Notes: generated by a model not told the origin, from the sequence alone. Positions 1-10,163 are shown, counted from the first letter of the stretch. The stretch is 64,000 bases of DNA from Fibrobacter succinogenes (GCA_902791475.1 CADAWC010000030.1:205-64204), one strand, 5' to 3'. Program-made: numbers and translations.

Positions 1-1255
1 GCTCGTGACGAGCCGCGACATCATTACGCTCTGGGTCGCCCGCATGGTGCTCTTCAGCCAGGAAAACATGGGCACGGTTCCGTTCCACACGGTGTACATC
101 CACCCGAAGATTTTGGACGGCAATGGCATGACCATGAGCAAGTCCAAGGGCAATGGCGTGGACCCGATGGACATCGAAAAGAAGTACGGCACGGACGCTC
201 TCCGCTTCGTGATGGCAAGCCTCTGCACCGACAACCAGGACGTTCGTCTCCCGGTGAAAAAGGAAAAGCAGGAAGATGGTTCTGTCATCAACACGAGCGA
301 AAAGTTCGAAATTGGTCGTAATTTCTCGAACAAGCTCTGGAACGCTTGCCGCTTCTTGTTCCCGCACTTGGAACAGGCAGGAGCCCTTTCCAAGGACATG
401 CTCCCGATGGATTCTTCGATTTTCGCTCTCGAAGACCGCTGGATTCTCTCTCGCTTGAACTCCACCATCCAGGACGCAACGAAGATGCTGGAAGAGTTCC
501 ACTTTGCTGAACTCGCCGGTTTCCTCTACCGCTTTGTGTGGGACGACGTTTGCTCCAGCTACTTGGAAATCAAGAAGGCCGTGATCAACAGCGAAACGCT
601 CACCGCCGAAAAGAAGAACGCTATGGCAATCCTCAGCCACGTGCTCCGCGGCGTGATTGACCTGTTGCATCCGGTGATGCCGTTCATCACGGAAGAACTG
701 AACGCAACGCTCTTCCCGGGTTCTGAACGCGTGATTAACAGCGCTTGGCCGAAGGCTGACACGAGCCTCATCGACGATAAGATCGAAGCCGCATTCAACC
801 AGGCATTTGCCGTGGTGGAAAGCGTGCGCGGTGTTCGTGGTCGCTACAACGTAAGCCCGGCTACCAAGCTCAAGGCTGTTGTGAGCGTCGATACCGCCGA
901 AACCGAAGCAAGCGTGAAGGACTGCCAGGCCATCATCACCGAACTCGGCGGCCTCGAATCGTTCTCTGTGGCTGTTAAGGCTGCAAAGCCGAAGTTCAGC
1001 GCAAGCTCCGTGGTGCCGGGTGGCGAACTCTACATCCCGCTGGAAGGTATCCTTGACCCGGCTGCAGAAATTGCACGCCTCGAAAAGGAAATCGAAAAGG
1101 CCAAGGCATTCGCTGCTTCTATCGAACGCAAGTTGTCGAATGAAAAGTTCGTCAATGGAGCTCCGGAAGCTGTCGTGAACGCCGAACGCACCAAGCTCGC
1201 TACACAGCAAGATATCATTGCTAAAAATGAGGCAGCACTCAAAGAGCTGAAGTAA
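1..1255 (+). CDS. valS: Valyl-tRNA synthetase, C-terminal part (5' end outside window)
   Basis: KMSKS-type motif (TMSKSKGNGVDP), YGTDALRF, anticodon-binding region NKLWNACRF / LHPVMPFITEEL and C-terminal coiled coil KLSNEKFVNGAPEAVV typical of ValRS. Confidence 0.97.
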   Translation, partial: LVTSRDIITLWVARMVLFSQENMGTVPFHTVYIHPKILDGNGMTMSKSKGNGVDPMDIEKKYGTDALRFVMASLCTDNQDVRLPVKKEKQEDGSVINTSEKFEIGRNFSNKLWNACRFLFPHLEQAGALSKDMLPMDSSIFALEDRWILSRLNSTIQDATKMLEEFHFAELAGFLYRFVWDDVCSSYLEIKKAVINSETLTAEKKNAMAILSHVLRGVIDLLHPVMPFITEELNATLFPGSERVINSAWPKADTSLIDDKIEAAFNQAFAVVESVRGVRGRYNVSPATKLKAVVSVDTAETEASVKDCQAIITELGGLESFSVAVKAAKPKFSASSVVPGGELYIPLEGILDPAAEIARLEKEIEKAKAFAASIERKLSNEKFVNGAPEAVVNAERTKLATQQDIIAKNEAALKELK

Positions 1256-1262
1256 TGTCACA

Positions 1263-1355
1263 GGATCCTCGCCTACGCGAGGATGACGAAAAAGTCCAGA
1301 GTGACAAAATGCATTGTCATTCTGGAACGTAGCCAACGGCGAAGTGATAGAATCC
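1263..1355. repeat. Two GTCAT-type REP-like palindromes in opposite orientation
   Basis: GGATCCTCGCCTACGCGAGGATGAC (1263-1287) and GTCATTCTGGAACG...GATAGAATCC (1316-1355); same family as other intergenic copies in the window. Confidence 0.75.
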
Positions 1356-1367
1356 ACAGAATATTTC

Positions 1368-1401
1368 AAAACAGGTGTTCCATTTGGAGCACCTGTTTTT
1401 T
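1368..1401 (+). terminator. Rho-independent terminator after valS, probably bidirectional
   Basis: AAAACAGGTGTTCC-ATTT-GGAGCACCTGTTTTTT: stem flanked by A and T tracts between convergent genes. Confidence 0.85.
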
Positions 1402-1432
1402 ATCCATCGCATCTAAAACGTAATTTCAGCAA

Positions 1433-1741
1433 CTAATGCTGTACGTTCTGCAACCGGTTGTACGCATCGAATTGACAACTGCCGACAATTTCATGATTTG
1501 CAATAACGCCTTGAGCGTCCACATTGAATGTGGCTACACAATCGCCATCCGCACGGAATATCGCAACAGAAGTCCCATCTTCATTCTGCGTCTTTTCAGT
1601 AGGTGCACCCCAGTGGCTTTCTAGGATGCTAAACTGTTTGCCGTCCATATAAGTGGCAGCAGCCTTCCCCACAGTTCCCGAGCAACCCGCAGCAAGCAAA
1701 AGAGTGCCCACGCCTATAACGGTTACGACTAATTTTTTCAT
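1433..1741 (-). CDS. Small outer-membrane lipoprotein, unknown function
   Basis: Start at MKKLVVTVIGVGTLLLAAGC (lipobox LAAGC), RBS-like GAGGG upstream; about 102 aa. Confidence 0.75.
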   Translation of the reverse strand: MKKLVVTVIGVGTLLLAAGCSGTVGKAAATYMDGKQFSILESHWGAPTEKTQNEDGTSVAIFRADGDCVATFNVDAQGVIANHEIVGSCQFDAYNRLQNVQH

Positions 1742-1840
1742 ATATCCCTCGTTGTTGACAATGTAATATAAATATACCCCAAAGCATAAACGAACGCATT
1801 GAAAAAAATTTATACATAAACGCCGAAAATAAATTCTCAT

Positions 1841-1872
1841 AAAAAAACAACCCCGGCATAATGAACCGGGGT
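1841..1872 (-). terminator. Rho-independent terminator downstream of purF
   Basis: ACCCCGG...CCGGGGT stem followed by a U tract on the minus strand. Confidence 0.7.
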
Positions 1873-1911
1873 GACAATTTATTTCGTCATGCTCGCGAAA
1901 GCGAGCATCTC

Positions 1912-3390
1912 TTAAGCCTTATCTTCTTCCTTTTCCTTGTCGTGGCAATGGCACGGGCAATGATAGCAGTCACCCGTTTCGGCGTAGTCCTTGCCAGTCC
2001 AGCAGTAAGTGCAAAGGTCTTCTTCCGGGAGGCCGATAGCCTGGATTAAGTCGTCAATGCGCTGGAACGCAAGCGACGTGAGGTTCAGCTTCTTGCGGAT
2101 GTATTCGACCATGTCCTTGTACGGCTGGCCATTCGGATCGGTGTACTTGTCCAAATCAGCATTTTCGCCTTCCTTGTCGCGAATGTAACGGCGCGTGATG
2201 AGGTCGTATTCATTCTTGGAGCGGGAGAAGTTGATGAACTTGCACGGATAAACGAGCGGCGGGCAAGCAATGCGCATGTGCGTTTCCTTGCAGCCCATCG
2301 AATAAAGTTTTGCAGCCTGCTTGCCGAGCTGAGTTCCGCGAACGATAGAGTCGTCACAGAAAACAAGGCGACGGTCCTTGATGAGTCCCGGAATCGGGAT
2401 GAGTTTCATCGAGGCGACGTGTTCGCGTTGGCGCTGGTCCTGCGGCATAAACGAACGTGCCCAAGTCGGTGTGTACTTCACGAACGGGCGGGCAAACTTG
2501 ATGCCGGCTTCGTGTGCATAGCCCAAGGCGTGAGACGTACCGGAATCCGGAATACCGCAAGCGGCATCGGCTTCGGTCGGGGTGCGCTTGGCAAGAGCGG
2601 AACCGCAACGGTAACGGGTCATTTCCACGTTACGTCCTTCGTAACTGGAGGCCGGGTAACCGTAATACACCCAGAGGAACGAACAAATTGCCATTTTCTT
2701 GCGCGGCGGAACGAGCACCGTTTCGCCATCCGGCGTGAGCTCGACGACTTCACCAGGGCCAAGGTCACGAACGTATTCGTAACCGAGGTTCGGGAGAGCG
2801 CAGCTTTCTTGCAAGGCAATCATCGCGCCATCCTTCTTGCCGAGGATGACAGATGTACGGCCCCACTTGTCGCGGCACGCATAAAAACGCCCCGCGCTAT
2901 CCATAATCAGCACGGAGCAACTTCCCTGAACTTTGTCCTGAACGTACTTGAGACCGTCAATAATTGAATCCTGTGTCGCGATAAGCGCTGAAACAACTTC
3001 GGTCGGACCGACCATGCCACTCGTTGTCGAGAACTGGAGCTGCATGCAGTTGTTGCGGAAAAGTTCATTCTTAATATCTTCAATGTTCGTGATGAGACCA
3101 ACAGTCACAATCGCGAATGTTCCCAGCTTGGAGGTCATGACGAGCGGCTGCGGGTCCGTGTCAGAGATGACGCCTAAGCCAACCTTGCCGGAAAAATGTG
3201 TTAAATCGTGTTCAAACTTACTGCGGAATGGAGTGTTCTGGATGTTGTGAATCGAGCGATGGAAAACACCATCCGATTTCAAAACAGCCATACCGCCGCG
3301 GTGAGTGCCAAGGTGAGAATGGTAGTCGGTTCCGTAAAAGAGATCGCAAACGCAATCTTCTTTGGAAATAACACCACAAAAGCCGCCCAT
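1912..3390 (-). CDS. purF: Amidophosphoribosyltransferase (variant lacking the N-terminal Cys)
   Basis: Ntn domain plus PRTase motif VFCDDSIVRGT, IPDSG, Fe-S ligand-type Cys (AICSF, YPCKF, CTYCW); start taken at MGGFCG. Confidence 0.92.
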   Translation of the reverse strand: MGGFCGVISKEDCVCDLFYGTDYHSHLGTHRGGMAVLKSDGVFHRSIHNIQNTPFRSKFEHDLTHFSGKVGLGVISDTDPQPLVMTSKLGTFAIVTVGLITNIEDIKNELFRNNCMQLQFSTTSGMVGPTEVVSALIATQDSIIDGLKYVQDKVQGSCSVLIMDSAGRFYACRDKWGRTSVILGKKDGAMIALQESCALPNLGYEYVRDLGPGEVVELTPDGETVLVPPRKKMAICSFLWVYYGYPASSYEGRNVEMTRYRCGSALAKRTPTEADAACGIPDSGTSHALGYAHEAGIKFARPFVKYTPTWARSFMPQDQRQREHVASMKLIPIPGLIKDRRLVFCDDSIVRGTQLGKQAAKLYSMGCKETHMRIACPPLVYPCKFINFSRSKNEYDLITRRYIRDKEGENADLDKYTDPNGQPYKDMVEYIRKKLNLTSLAFQRIDDLIQAIGLPEEDLCTYCWTGKDYAETGDCYHCPCHCHDKEKEEDKA

Positions 3391-3613
3391 ATAAGACTCC
3401 TGGATAGAAAAGGATTTTCCACGCACAAAAATAGAAATCTTGAGCCATCTGCAAAGACTAAACCTGAAAAATTTTTATTTCAACCGCCGGGCAGCCCCCG
3501 CAAATAGCCATATTTTTTGCTTACGCCCCAAATTGGAATAACGCCTTATTTTGATTTGGGACCTTTTGAGTATATATTGGTATAAAAGCATACATTTTCA
3601 GAAGGGGAAGCAT

Positions 3614-4363
3614 ATGGAAATTAAAGCCGTACGCATGTTTGACCATGGTTTCATGAACCAGGCGTTTGCCTTTGGCGGTGAAGAAGGCAAGGACAAGTTC
3701 GACGAACAGATCATCTACCGCAGCAGTCTGCAAAATTTTCTCATCGACACCGGGAGCGAAGTCATCCTCGTCGATACAGGGTTCGTCAACGATTTTGAAG
3801 CGCCCGAAAAGAAACTCGGCGCACCGCTTTACATGGGCGAAAAGCTAAAGGACTACACCAAAGCCTTTGCGGAACTCGGCTACAGGCCCGACCAGGTCAC
3901 TAAAATTCTCATCACGCACAAGCACCCGGACCATTCTGCCGCCATCCAGTACTTCAAAAACGCGATGGTGTTCGTCTCGCCCGAAGATGCCGACGCCATG
4001 AAACTCGAAGGCCCGCACATCGTGCGTTGTACATACAAGGACGGGCCTTACCACAACTTCCCGAAATGCGAAAAAATCGCAAACGGAATCTATTTCATTG
4101 AAGCGAAGGGACACACCAAAGGCAACAGCATCATCGTCGCCGAAAACGACGGGCTCTTTTACATGATGCACGGCGACGTGACCTACTGCGATGCCGCCCT
4201 CAAGGCAAACAAATTAAGCATCGTTTTTGAAGACATCATTGCCGCCCGCGAAACGCTCGACCGTGTCCGCGAATTTATCGCCAACAACCCGACCGTCTAC
4301 CTTTCGACGCATTGTCCCGAAGGCTACGAAAATCTCGAAATGAAGCGCGTAATGAAGCTGTAG
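3614..4363 (+). CDS. Metallo-beta-lactamase-fold hydrolase, AHL-lactonase-like family
   Basis: LVDTG, THKHPDH (HxHxDH), GHTKG, GDVTY, C-terminal STH; RBS GAAGGGGAAG before ATG 3614. Confidence 0.8.
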   Translation: MEIKAVRMFDHGFMNQAFAFGGEEGKDKFDEQIIYRSSLQNFLIDTGSEVILVDTGFVNDFEAPEKKLGAPLYMGEKLKDYTKAFAELGYRPDQVTKILITHKHPDHSAAIQYFKNAMVFVSPEDADAMKLEGPHIVRCTYKDGPYHNFPKCEKIANGIYFIEAKGHTKGNSIIVAENDGLFYMMHGDVTYCDAALKANKLSIVFEDIIAARETLDRVREFIANNPTVYLSTHCPEGYENLEMKRVMKL

Positions 4364-4367
4364 AAAG

Positions 4368-5312
4368 TTACTTAAAAACTTTCTTGAGAAGGCGCCACCA
4401 GTTGCCTAGTGTTCCCGGTTTTGCCACGCGATTCAGCGAGACATCCTTGAACGGCGACTGCATATAGCGGCGCCACCATTCGTGCGCCAAGAGCACATCG
4501 TAGTATTTCCAGGGCTTGCCCGCACCCGTCCAATGTATCACGGACGGGTCGTCAAACGCTTCGCGAACTTCTTTGGCAGAATACAGCGCTGTCATTCGCT
4601 TGGCATGTTTGATGTTGCTCATCGTCACGTTGTAGCGACACGGGATAAAGCCGATTTTGCCATAGCACACGTAATTCAGAATCAGCTGGTCAGCAGGATC
4701 AAGCGGCGCAAATTCCTTTTTGCCCACAAGCGCCAAGCACTTGCTTTCCACATCGTCTTCGCGCATGGCCTTGAGGTTCATCAAAAGCACACCGCTATTC
4801 ACGTAATAGTCCATGCCAGGAATTCCACTTTGCTTGAGCCAGCGATTGCGATCGCTCTTTTTAATTTGCGCCCAAACGACAGGCACGCCCGCCATGTAAA
4901 TTCCGTCCATCGGCGTTTCAAAAAGTTCTCGCAAATCCGTGCGCACCATCGTATCAGTATCGAGGTACAGAACCTTATCCAAAAGCGGCAACACCGACGG
5001 CGCTTTTAAGCGATAAAGTGCAGGCGTTGTTACGGAATGCACCATCCCGACCTTACCACTGTACTGGATTGCATTATCCTTAAAATAAGGCGACATGTCC
5101 ACAAGCGTCACAGAGCAGTTCTTACGTGAATTTTCGCGGCACTTTAACAAACGTTCACGATTTTCTTCGGTCACGTTATCCGAAAGGAAACAGTAAAAAT
5201 CGTAGTATGTCCCCTCGCCCGCCGTCTCAATAGCAGACGTCATGACAACAGCCATGGCATTCACCTGGTTATTGTCGCTCGAAAGGATAATCGGAATGTG
5301 AACGTTTTCCAT
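4368..5312 (-). CDS. Glycosyltransferase family 8
   Basis: YRL, YLDTD (DxD), YVNSGVLLMNL, DQLILN, HWTGAGKPW. Confidence 0.92.
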   Translation of the reverse strand: MENVHIPIILSSDNNQVNAMAVVMTSAIETAGEGTYYDFYCFLSDNVTEENRERLLKCRENSRKNCSVTLVDMSPYFKDNAIQYSGKVGMVHSVTTPALYRLKAPSVLPLLDKVLYLDTDTMVRTDLRELFETPMDGIYMAGVPVVWAQIKKSDRNRWLKQSGIPGMDYYVNSGVLLMNLKAMREDDVESKCLALVGKKEFAPLDPADQLILNYVCYGKIGFIPCRYNVTMSNIKHAKRMTALYSAKEVREAFDDPSVIHWTGAGKPWKYYDVLLAHEWWRRYMQSPFKDVSLNRVAKPGTLGNWWRLLKKVFK

Positions 5313-5333
5313 GTCGTTTTACTCCAAGAATCT

Positions 5334-6350
5334 TTAGAAAAGCTTGCCCAGGATTTCCAAAGGCTTCACGAGGAAAGGCATTTTCTTGTACAGCCAAGCA
5401 AGAGACTTTGCAAACGCGTAAGAGCGGATGATGTAAGCGCCTGCAGCACCGATCTTGTTCGTCTGGTACATGAACGCATCCTTCGCATGCGCAATCACGT
5501 CATCGTAATACTCGTTGATGTGAATGGACTTGTCCGCATTTACCGTCACAGGGAGGTTCTTCAAGTTCGTATAAAAGTCCTTACGCAAAATTTTCGGCAA
5601 AAAGATGTTCATCGATTCCGGCACCTTGCGGCCACGCGTATCGATAATGCGCGAACCGAAGAAGTGCAATACTTTCGCCGTCGGCAAGAAGCGGTTACCG
5701 TAAGCCAGCTGGCAGTTCCAACCGCCATCCATCTTCTTCGTTACGTAACCGAACTTAAAATTCGTTTCGGCAAGCGAAGCCATATCGTACGGAAAGTTCT
5801 TGGAAACGCAATAGAGCCACAGTTCGTGCCAAGTCTTGAAGAACTCGCGGGCTTCCGGCGTATCGGCGGCAAACATCACGCCCCCGTTGAAAATTTCGTC
5901 GTTCAGAATCGGCGAAAAGCCCATCATCTTCGCGTTGTTCAAGACCTTCTTACGGTTAATCGCCTTCGACAAGTTCGTGTGGAAGTCGAGCACGGCATAA
6001 ATGCCACCACGCCATTCGTCCGGAATCGAGAGGTCATCGACAATCGCGATGTCCGAATCCATGTACAAGAAGTCGCCATCGACCACATTACGCATCACCG
6101 TCTTGAGGTAACGAGAGCGAAGCATCGGCGTAAACTTTTCATCAAGCGTCAAGACCTTGAGTTCATCGACAGCATCCTTCAAGACCGCACGCGGTCCCGT
6201 CAGAGTTTCAGCCGTCTTGTCATCGGTCAAAAGCGTCACGAACGCATTCGGGTTATGCACTCGCAGCGAAGCAATCGCCACAAGCGTCTGCTCGCAGAAA
6301 AAGTCCTTCGGGGAACTCGTCAACACAAAAAGATATTTCACAGAAGGCAT
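5334..6350 (-). CDS. GT-A fold glycosyltransferase (GT8-like)
   Basis: FLYMDSD DxD motif, FNGGVMF, late DM and LHF motifs; lies within the glycan operon. Confidence 0.7.
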   Translation of the reverse strand: MPSVKYLFVLTSSPKDFFCEQTLVAIASLRVHNPNAFVTLLTDDKTAETLTGPRAVLKDAVDELKVLTLDEKFTPMLRSRYLKTVMRNVVDGDFLYMDSDIAIVDDLSIPDEWRGGIYAVLDFHTNLSKAINRKKVLNNAKMMGFSPILNDEIFNGGVMFAADTPEAREFFKTWHELWLYCVSKNFPYDMASLAETNFKFGYVTKKMDGGWNCQLAYGNRFLPTAKVLHFFGSRIIDTRGRKVPESMNIFLPKILRKDFYTNLKNLPVTVNADKSIHINEYYDDVIAHAKDAFMYQTNKIGAAGAYIIRSYAFAKSLAWLYKKMPFLVKPLEILGKLF

Positions 6351-6352
6351 AA

Positions 6353-7168
6353 TTATCCTTGAAGCTTAAGAGGTTCCTTGTTTTCGTAAGCGGCGAGTCT
6401 ACTTTCGACAGAGCCACGCGGGGCGTTCCTGAGAAAAACCTTGATACGTTGCCACAGCGGACGCCAGCTGCCGTTCGTCACGTGAATTGCAAAAGGCTTG
6501 ACCTTGGATTCATTAATGCTCGGCAAGAACACATCGCCTGGGTAAATAGTAATCCCTTCGGAAAGTTTTTGCATTTCGTTCTTGTACACAAAGCCAAACT
6601 GCTGGGCGGCATGGGCATAAACGCACGGCGAAATATTCTTGATATTCAATTCACCATTCGGCAAAATGAACTTTTCCGTCTCGTAATATTCCATGCACTT
6701 TTTAAGGAACGGGTGCCCCGCTTCGCCACCGAAAATAGCGGCCTGCAAAGCAATCCCCGGAATTACCATCTGGTTCGGGTCTTTTTTAGTTCCATCTTCG
6801 TTCAAGAATCTCCAGGACCTGTTTTTCTTATAGTGCGAAGTAAATTCAATGCTCGAAAAATAGCGGTTGTCCAGGAACGGATCAAAACTCTGGTACATGA
6901 AAACGTCTGTATCGCAGTAAATGCCACCCTCGTGGTAAACCGCATAAAGACGGATGTAATCGCTAATAAAAGCCCATTTAGAAACGCTTTCCGCTTCACG
7001 GAGGTACGGAATACTTTCAATAATATCCTTGCACTTATCAATATCCCACTTTACAATTTCATAGTCAGGGCAATGCCTCTTCCAGCTAGAAACGCAAAGT
7101 TCCGAAAGCGGGGAAAGCGGGGCGTTATTCTTAGAAAACCAAATCAGATGTAATTTTTTAGGAATCAT
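6353..7168 (-). CDS. Glycosyltransferase, GT32/capsular polysaccharide synthesis type
   Basis: MIPKKLHLIWF start, WAFISDYIRLYAVYHEGGIYCDTDV. Confidence 0.9.
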   Translation of the reverse strand: MIPKKLHLIWFSKNNAPLSPLSELCVSSWKRHCPDYEIVKWDIDKCKDIIESIPYLREAESVSKWAFISDYIRLYAVYHEGGIYCDTDVFMYQSFDPFLDNRYFSSIEFTSHYKKNRSWRFLNEDGTKKDPNQMVIPGIALQAAIFGGEAGHPFLKKCMEYYETEKFILPNGELNIKNISPCVYAHAAQQFGFVYKNEMQKLSEGITIYPGDVFLPSINESKVKPFAIHVTNGSWRPLWQRIKVFLRNAPRGSVESRLAAYENKEPLKLQG

Positions 7169-7207
7169 TGCTATAATTTACGAAATTACGCTCCGCAATG
7201 TGCAAGG

Positions 7208-8665
7208 CTATACATTTTTTGGCGGTTTTTCGGCAGCTCGCTTGATGACCAGATAAACGAGAGATGCGGTTGTCACCACAAAGATGGCGATTTTCTGCCA
7301 CATTTCAGGCTCGAATCCGGTATTCAGGAGCACAAACAAGGCAAGCAAGGCAATCGCCCACGCCAACTGCACCCACAGCCCACGGCGATAAGGCCAAATT
7401 CCGTTTTTCAAAAGCTCGGCGTTCATCCAAATGCCCTGGAAAATTTGGAAACTGAGTGTCGAAATCGCAGCACCGACCAAGCCAAATTTCGGGATTAGCA
7501 ACAAGTTCATGGACACCGCCAAAATAAGCGAATAGACATTCAACTTCAGCAAGAACTTGCTCTTGCCCATTCCATTAAGCACCATACCTGTAAAGCAGAA
7601 CGACCCATCGAACAATCCCGCAAAAAGAAGGATTCCAAGGACTTCCGGATTTTGGACAAAAGATTTACCGGCAAGCATCAAGGTCTCTTCCGGGAAAAGC
7701 ACAATAAAGAATCCAATGCCAATCTGAATCGTCGAAATCAACGACACGCAATAAGAATACACATGCGGAAGTCCCAGTTTCATTCGTTCCGGCTCCATCC
7801 CCGCCACAACCGGGAAGAGGATGGAATTGAAATTCTGGCGCACCGTCTTAATCGCATTGGAAATCGTCACCATGATGGCATAGACACCAGCGTATTCAGG
7901 ACCTAGCAACACGAGGACCATCCAAAGGTCAGCTCTCAACAAGAACGCGACGACAAATTCAGAAAAGCCAATCGGCAGCGAAAACGAAAGCAGCGCCTTA
8001 GGAATCTTTTCGGACGAGAACCACTTCATTCCAGGGAACTGGCGCGGCATCAAGCGCATATAAATCAAGACCGCAATGCAATTGGCGCACAGCAAGCCGA
8101 TCGGAAGCGAATAGACCTTGTCACCCGTAATAAAGTAAATAATCAAGGCAAAAAGCGGTGCAAAGGTAAAAACGGCGAAATCGTTAATGAATATGCGATA
8201 CTGCGGTTTACGATTTCCTTCCGACGCCCCCGCAAAAATCAAGTTAAACACCCACGGGACAATGGACATGATGTACAGGATTATTTCCGTCGAAGAAAGC
8301 GATTCAAGCCCCGAGAATATCGTGTAAGAGCCCGTCAAAGCCATCACGACAATCACCGCAAACACAAGGAGCGCATAATAAAATCCAAGACGAAGCGACG
8401 GTGCAATCCCTTCATACGCCACACGGTTATAAAGCTTGTTCTGCGGAATGTACCAGGTCAAGCCCTTGTCCAAGCCAAGCACAGCTGCACGGCTCATCAT
8501 CGACACCCAAAGCTGGGTGGATATATAAATACCAAAAGCCTCTTTCCCAAAATAACGCGCCACCACAAAATTCAACGCCGGGCCAGAAACCTTAAGCACA
8601 GCGCCGATAATGTTGAGGATGGAACTTTTCAGCAAAAATTTCTGATCATTCTCAGCAGAAGACAT
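7208..8665 (-). CDS. Oligosaccharide flippase (Wzx/MOP superfamily)
   Basis: About 12-14 hydrophobic segments, G..YAGVY, LLIPKFGLVGAAIST motif. Confidence 0.85.
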   Translation of the reverse strand: MSSAENDQKFLLKSSILNIIGAVLKVSGPALNFVVARYFGKEAFGIYISTQLWVSMMSRAAVLGLDKGLTWYIPQNKLYNRVAYEGIAPSLRLGFYYALLVFAVIVVMALTGSYTIFSGLESLSSTEIILYIMSIVPWVFNLIFAGASEGNRKPQYRIFINDFAVFTFAPLFALIIYFITGDKVYSLPIGLLCANCIAVLIYMRLMPRQFPGMKWFSSEKIPKALLSFSLPIGFSEFVVAFLLRADLWMVLVLLGPEYAGVYAIMVTISNAIKTVRQNFNSILFPVVAGMEPERMKLGLPHVYSYCVSLISTIQIGIGFFIVLFPEETLMLAGKSFVQNPEVLGILLFAGLFDGSFCFTGMVLNGMGKSKFLLKLNVYSLILAVSMNLLLIPKFGLVGAAISTLSFQIFQGIWMNAELLKNGIWPYRRGLWVQLAWAIALLALFVLLNTGFEPEMWQKIAIFVVTTASLVYLVIKRAAEKPPKNV

Positions 8666-9540
8666 TAATGCACCTTTTCAATATCTTTCAGAACGTTCAG
8701 CAAGACTTCAGACGAAGCTAGATAATTTGTATAGACAAATATTTTCTTTTTACGGGATCCCTTGCAGACCGAATTCGTCGATGCGTTTTCCATGTGGTAA
8801 ATCTTCAACGCCGGATTGTAAACCATGAGCATCTTGTCACGGAGCATTTCTGCGTAAAGGATATCTTCTTCCTGGTACATGAACGTTCCCGAATTCAAGC
8901 CGTCGTAACGGGCTACATAGTCGGGCGAAAACACAAGGCAGCAGCCGTGCAATTCCACATTGACTTGGCGGCGGTCATTAGCGGGTTGGTAGCTGTTCGG
9001 CCCAGGTCCCAGGCGATCAGCAAAGAACGAGTACCAAGTGTCTAAAAAGCCCAAATGCAGAATGTTTCTCACGCGGATTCGGCGCCAGCGCGCCCTTTTG
9101 CGCTCGAGTTCTGCAACCGTCATCAGCTTGTCTTTGACAGGGTTTGCGTTAATCCCATTCGGGCAATGGATTTCAGGGCCTAAAACGGCAAAATGGCTTT
9201 GCTCATATTCATCCAGAATGACCTTGTAAAAATCATCTTGAATCAAGTACGTATCGTTATTCAACATCACGATAAAATCGCACTTCTTTTCGTTTTTCAA
9301 AAAGCGAAAACCCACATTGTTCCCGCGTGCAAAGCCTAGATTTTCTTCGTTCAAAATGACAGACACGTGAGCTTTGCCTTCAAACAACGCCTTTACTTGA
9401 GGCCCAGACTTATTCGGAGAGCAATTATCGACAACGACAATCTCAAAATCATCGGTATCAATCCGTTCCAGGATCGATGCGACGCACTTTTCTGTTTCAG
9501 CGACAACATTATAGTGAAGTACAACAAAGCCTAGACGCAT
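8665..9540 (-). CDS. Glycosyltransferase family 2
   Basis: IVVVDNCS, NLGFARGNNVG, MLNND, HGCCLV, FMYQEEDIL. Confidence 0.92.
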   Translation of the reverse strand: MRLGFVVLHYNVVAETEKCVASILERIDTDDFEIVVVDNCSPNKSGPQVKALFEGKAHVSVILNEENLGFARGNNVGFRFLKNEKKCDFIVMLNNDTYLIQDDFYKVILDEYEQSHFAVLGPEIHCPNGINANPVKDKLMTVAELERKRARWRRIRVRNILHLGFLDTWYSFFADRLGPGPNSYQPANDRRQVNVELHGCCLVFSPDYVARYDGLNSGTFMYQEEDILYAEMLRDKMLMVYNPALKIYHMENASTNSVCKGSRKKKIFVYTNYLASSEVLLNVLKDIEKVH

Positions 9541-9646
9541 CTCTGTCCTTTTTAGAAAACATAATTTTATGCAAAATTAAAAAAATTTCGGTATAAAAAC
9601 ATAATATTCCCGTTTTTCCGTTTCATCTTTTACTACATTATACGGC

Positions 9647-10159
9647 ATGGTAAAATTCAGTCAAACTTCTTGGCAATACGGCACTCTTTCGGACACGCTT
9701 GATATTTTGCGTTATGCGCCAATGTCCTTGTCCGTCGGAACGAACGCCGTTCTATACTACACGTTGCCCAAGAACATTGAATCTGGCGAGTTTATCCGCT
9801 ACACCATTATGGCGGGTTTCAGAAAATTAAGTTGGACTGGCATCATTGGAGCGGTCACACCGGGCAAGACGAACAACGTCATCGAAATCGCAGTACGCCT
9901 TGGTGAAGGCCCATTCCGTGGTTTTACCGCCACGCACAAGTTTGATTCCGTCAAGGGAATGACGACCTGCTTTGACGACCTCTCGTTCCAGGGATGCAAG
10001 GATTTTGCTGAAGATACGTTCGCAATTGTCATGAACACCGCTAGCTTGGTTTACGCCATGAAGGCTAGAGAAATGGCTCGCGAACAAATCGCATTTATTG
10101 AAGCAAAGAAGAAAACGCAGGCTTTTGAAGCGTTAGACCAGTCCGCAACCGCCGGATAA
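9647..10159 (+). CDS. Hypothetical protein
   Basis: 170-aa ORF, 4 bp upstream of the UbiD gene, plausible codon usage; no motif recognised. Confidence 0.65.
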   Translation: MVKFSQTSWQYGTLSDTLDILRYAPMSLSVGTNAVLYYTLPKNIESGEFIRYTIMAGFRKLSWTGIIGAVTPGKTNNVIEIAVRLGEGPFRGFTATHKFDSVKGMTTCFDDLSFQGCKDFAEDTFAIVMNTASLVYAMKAREMAREQIAFIEAKKKTQAFEALDQSATAG

Positions 10160-10163
10160 CATC

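Noticed and set aside
1742-1840. Upstream extensions of ORF-track starts (lipoprotein at 1840; also purF 3426 and FISUMP 46242)
   Set aside because: Downstream starts give proper RBS and signal peptides
5298-7153. Plus-strand ORFs opposite the glycosyltransferases
   Set aside because: Fully overlap well-supported GT genes; no motifs
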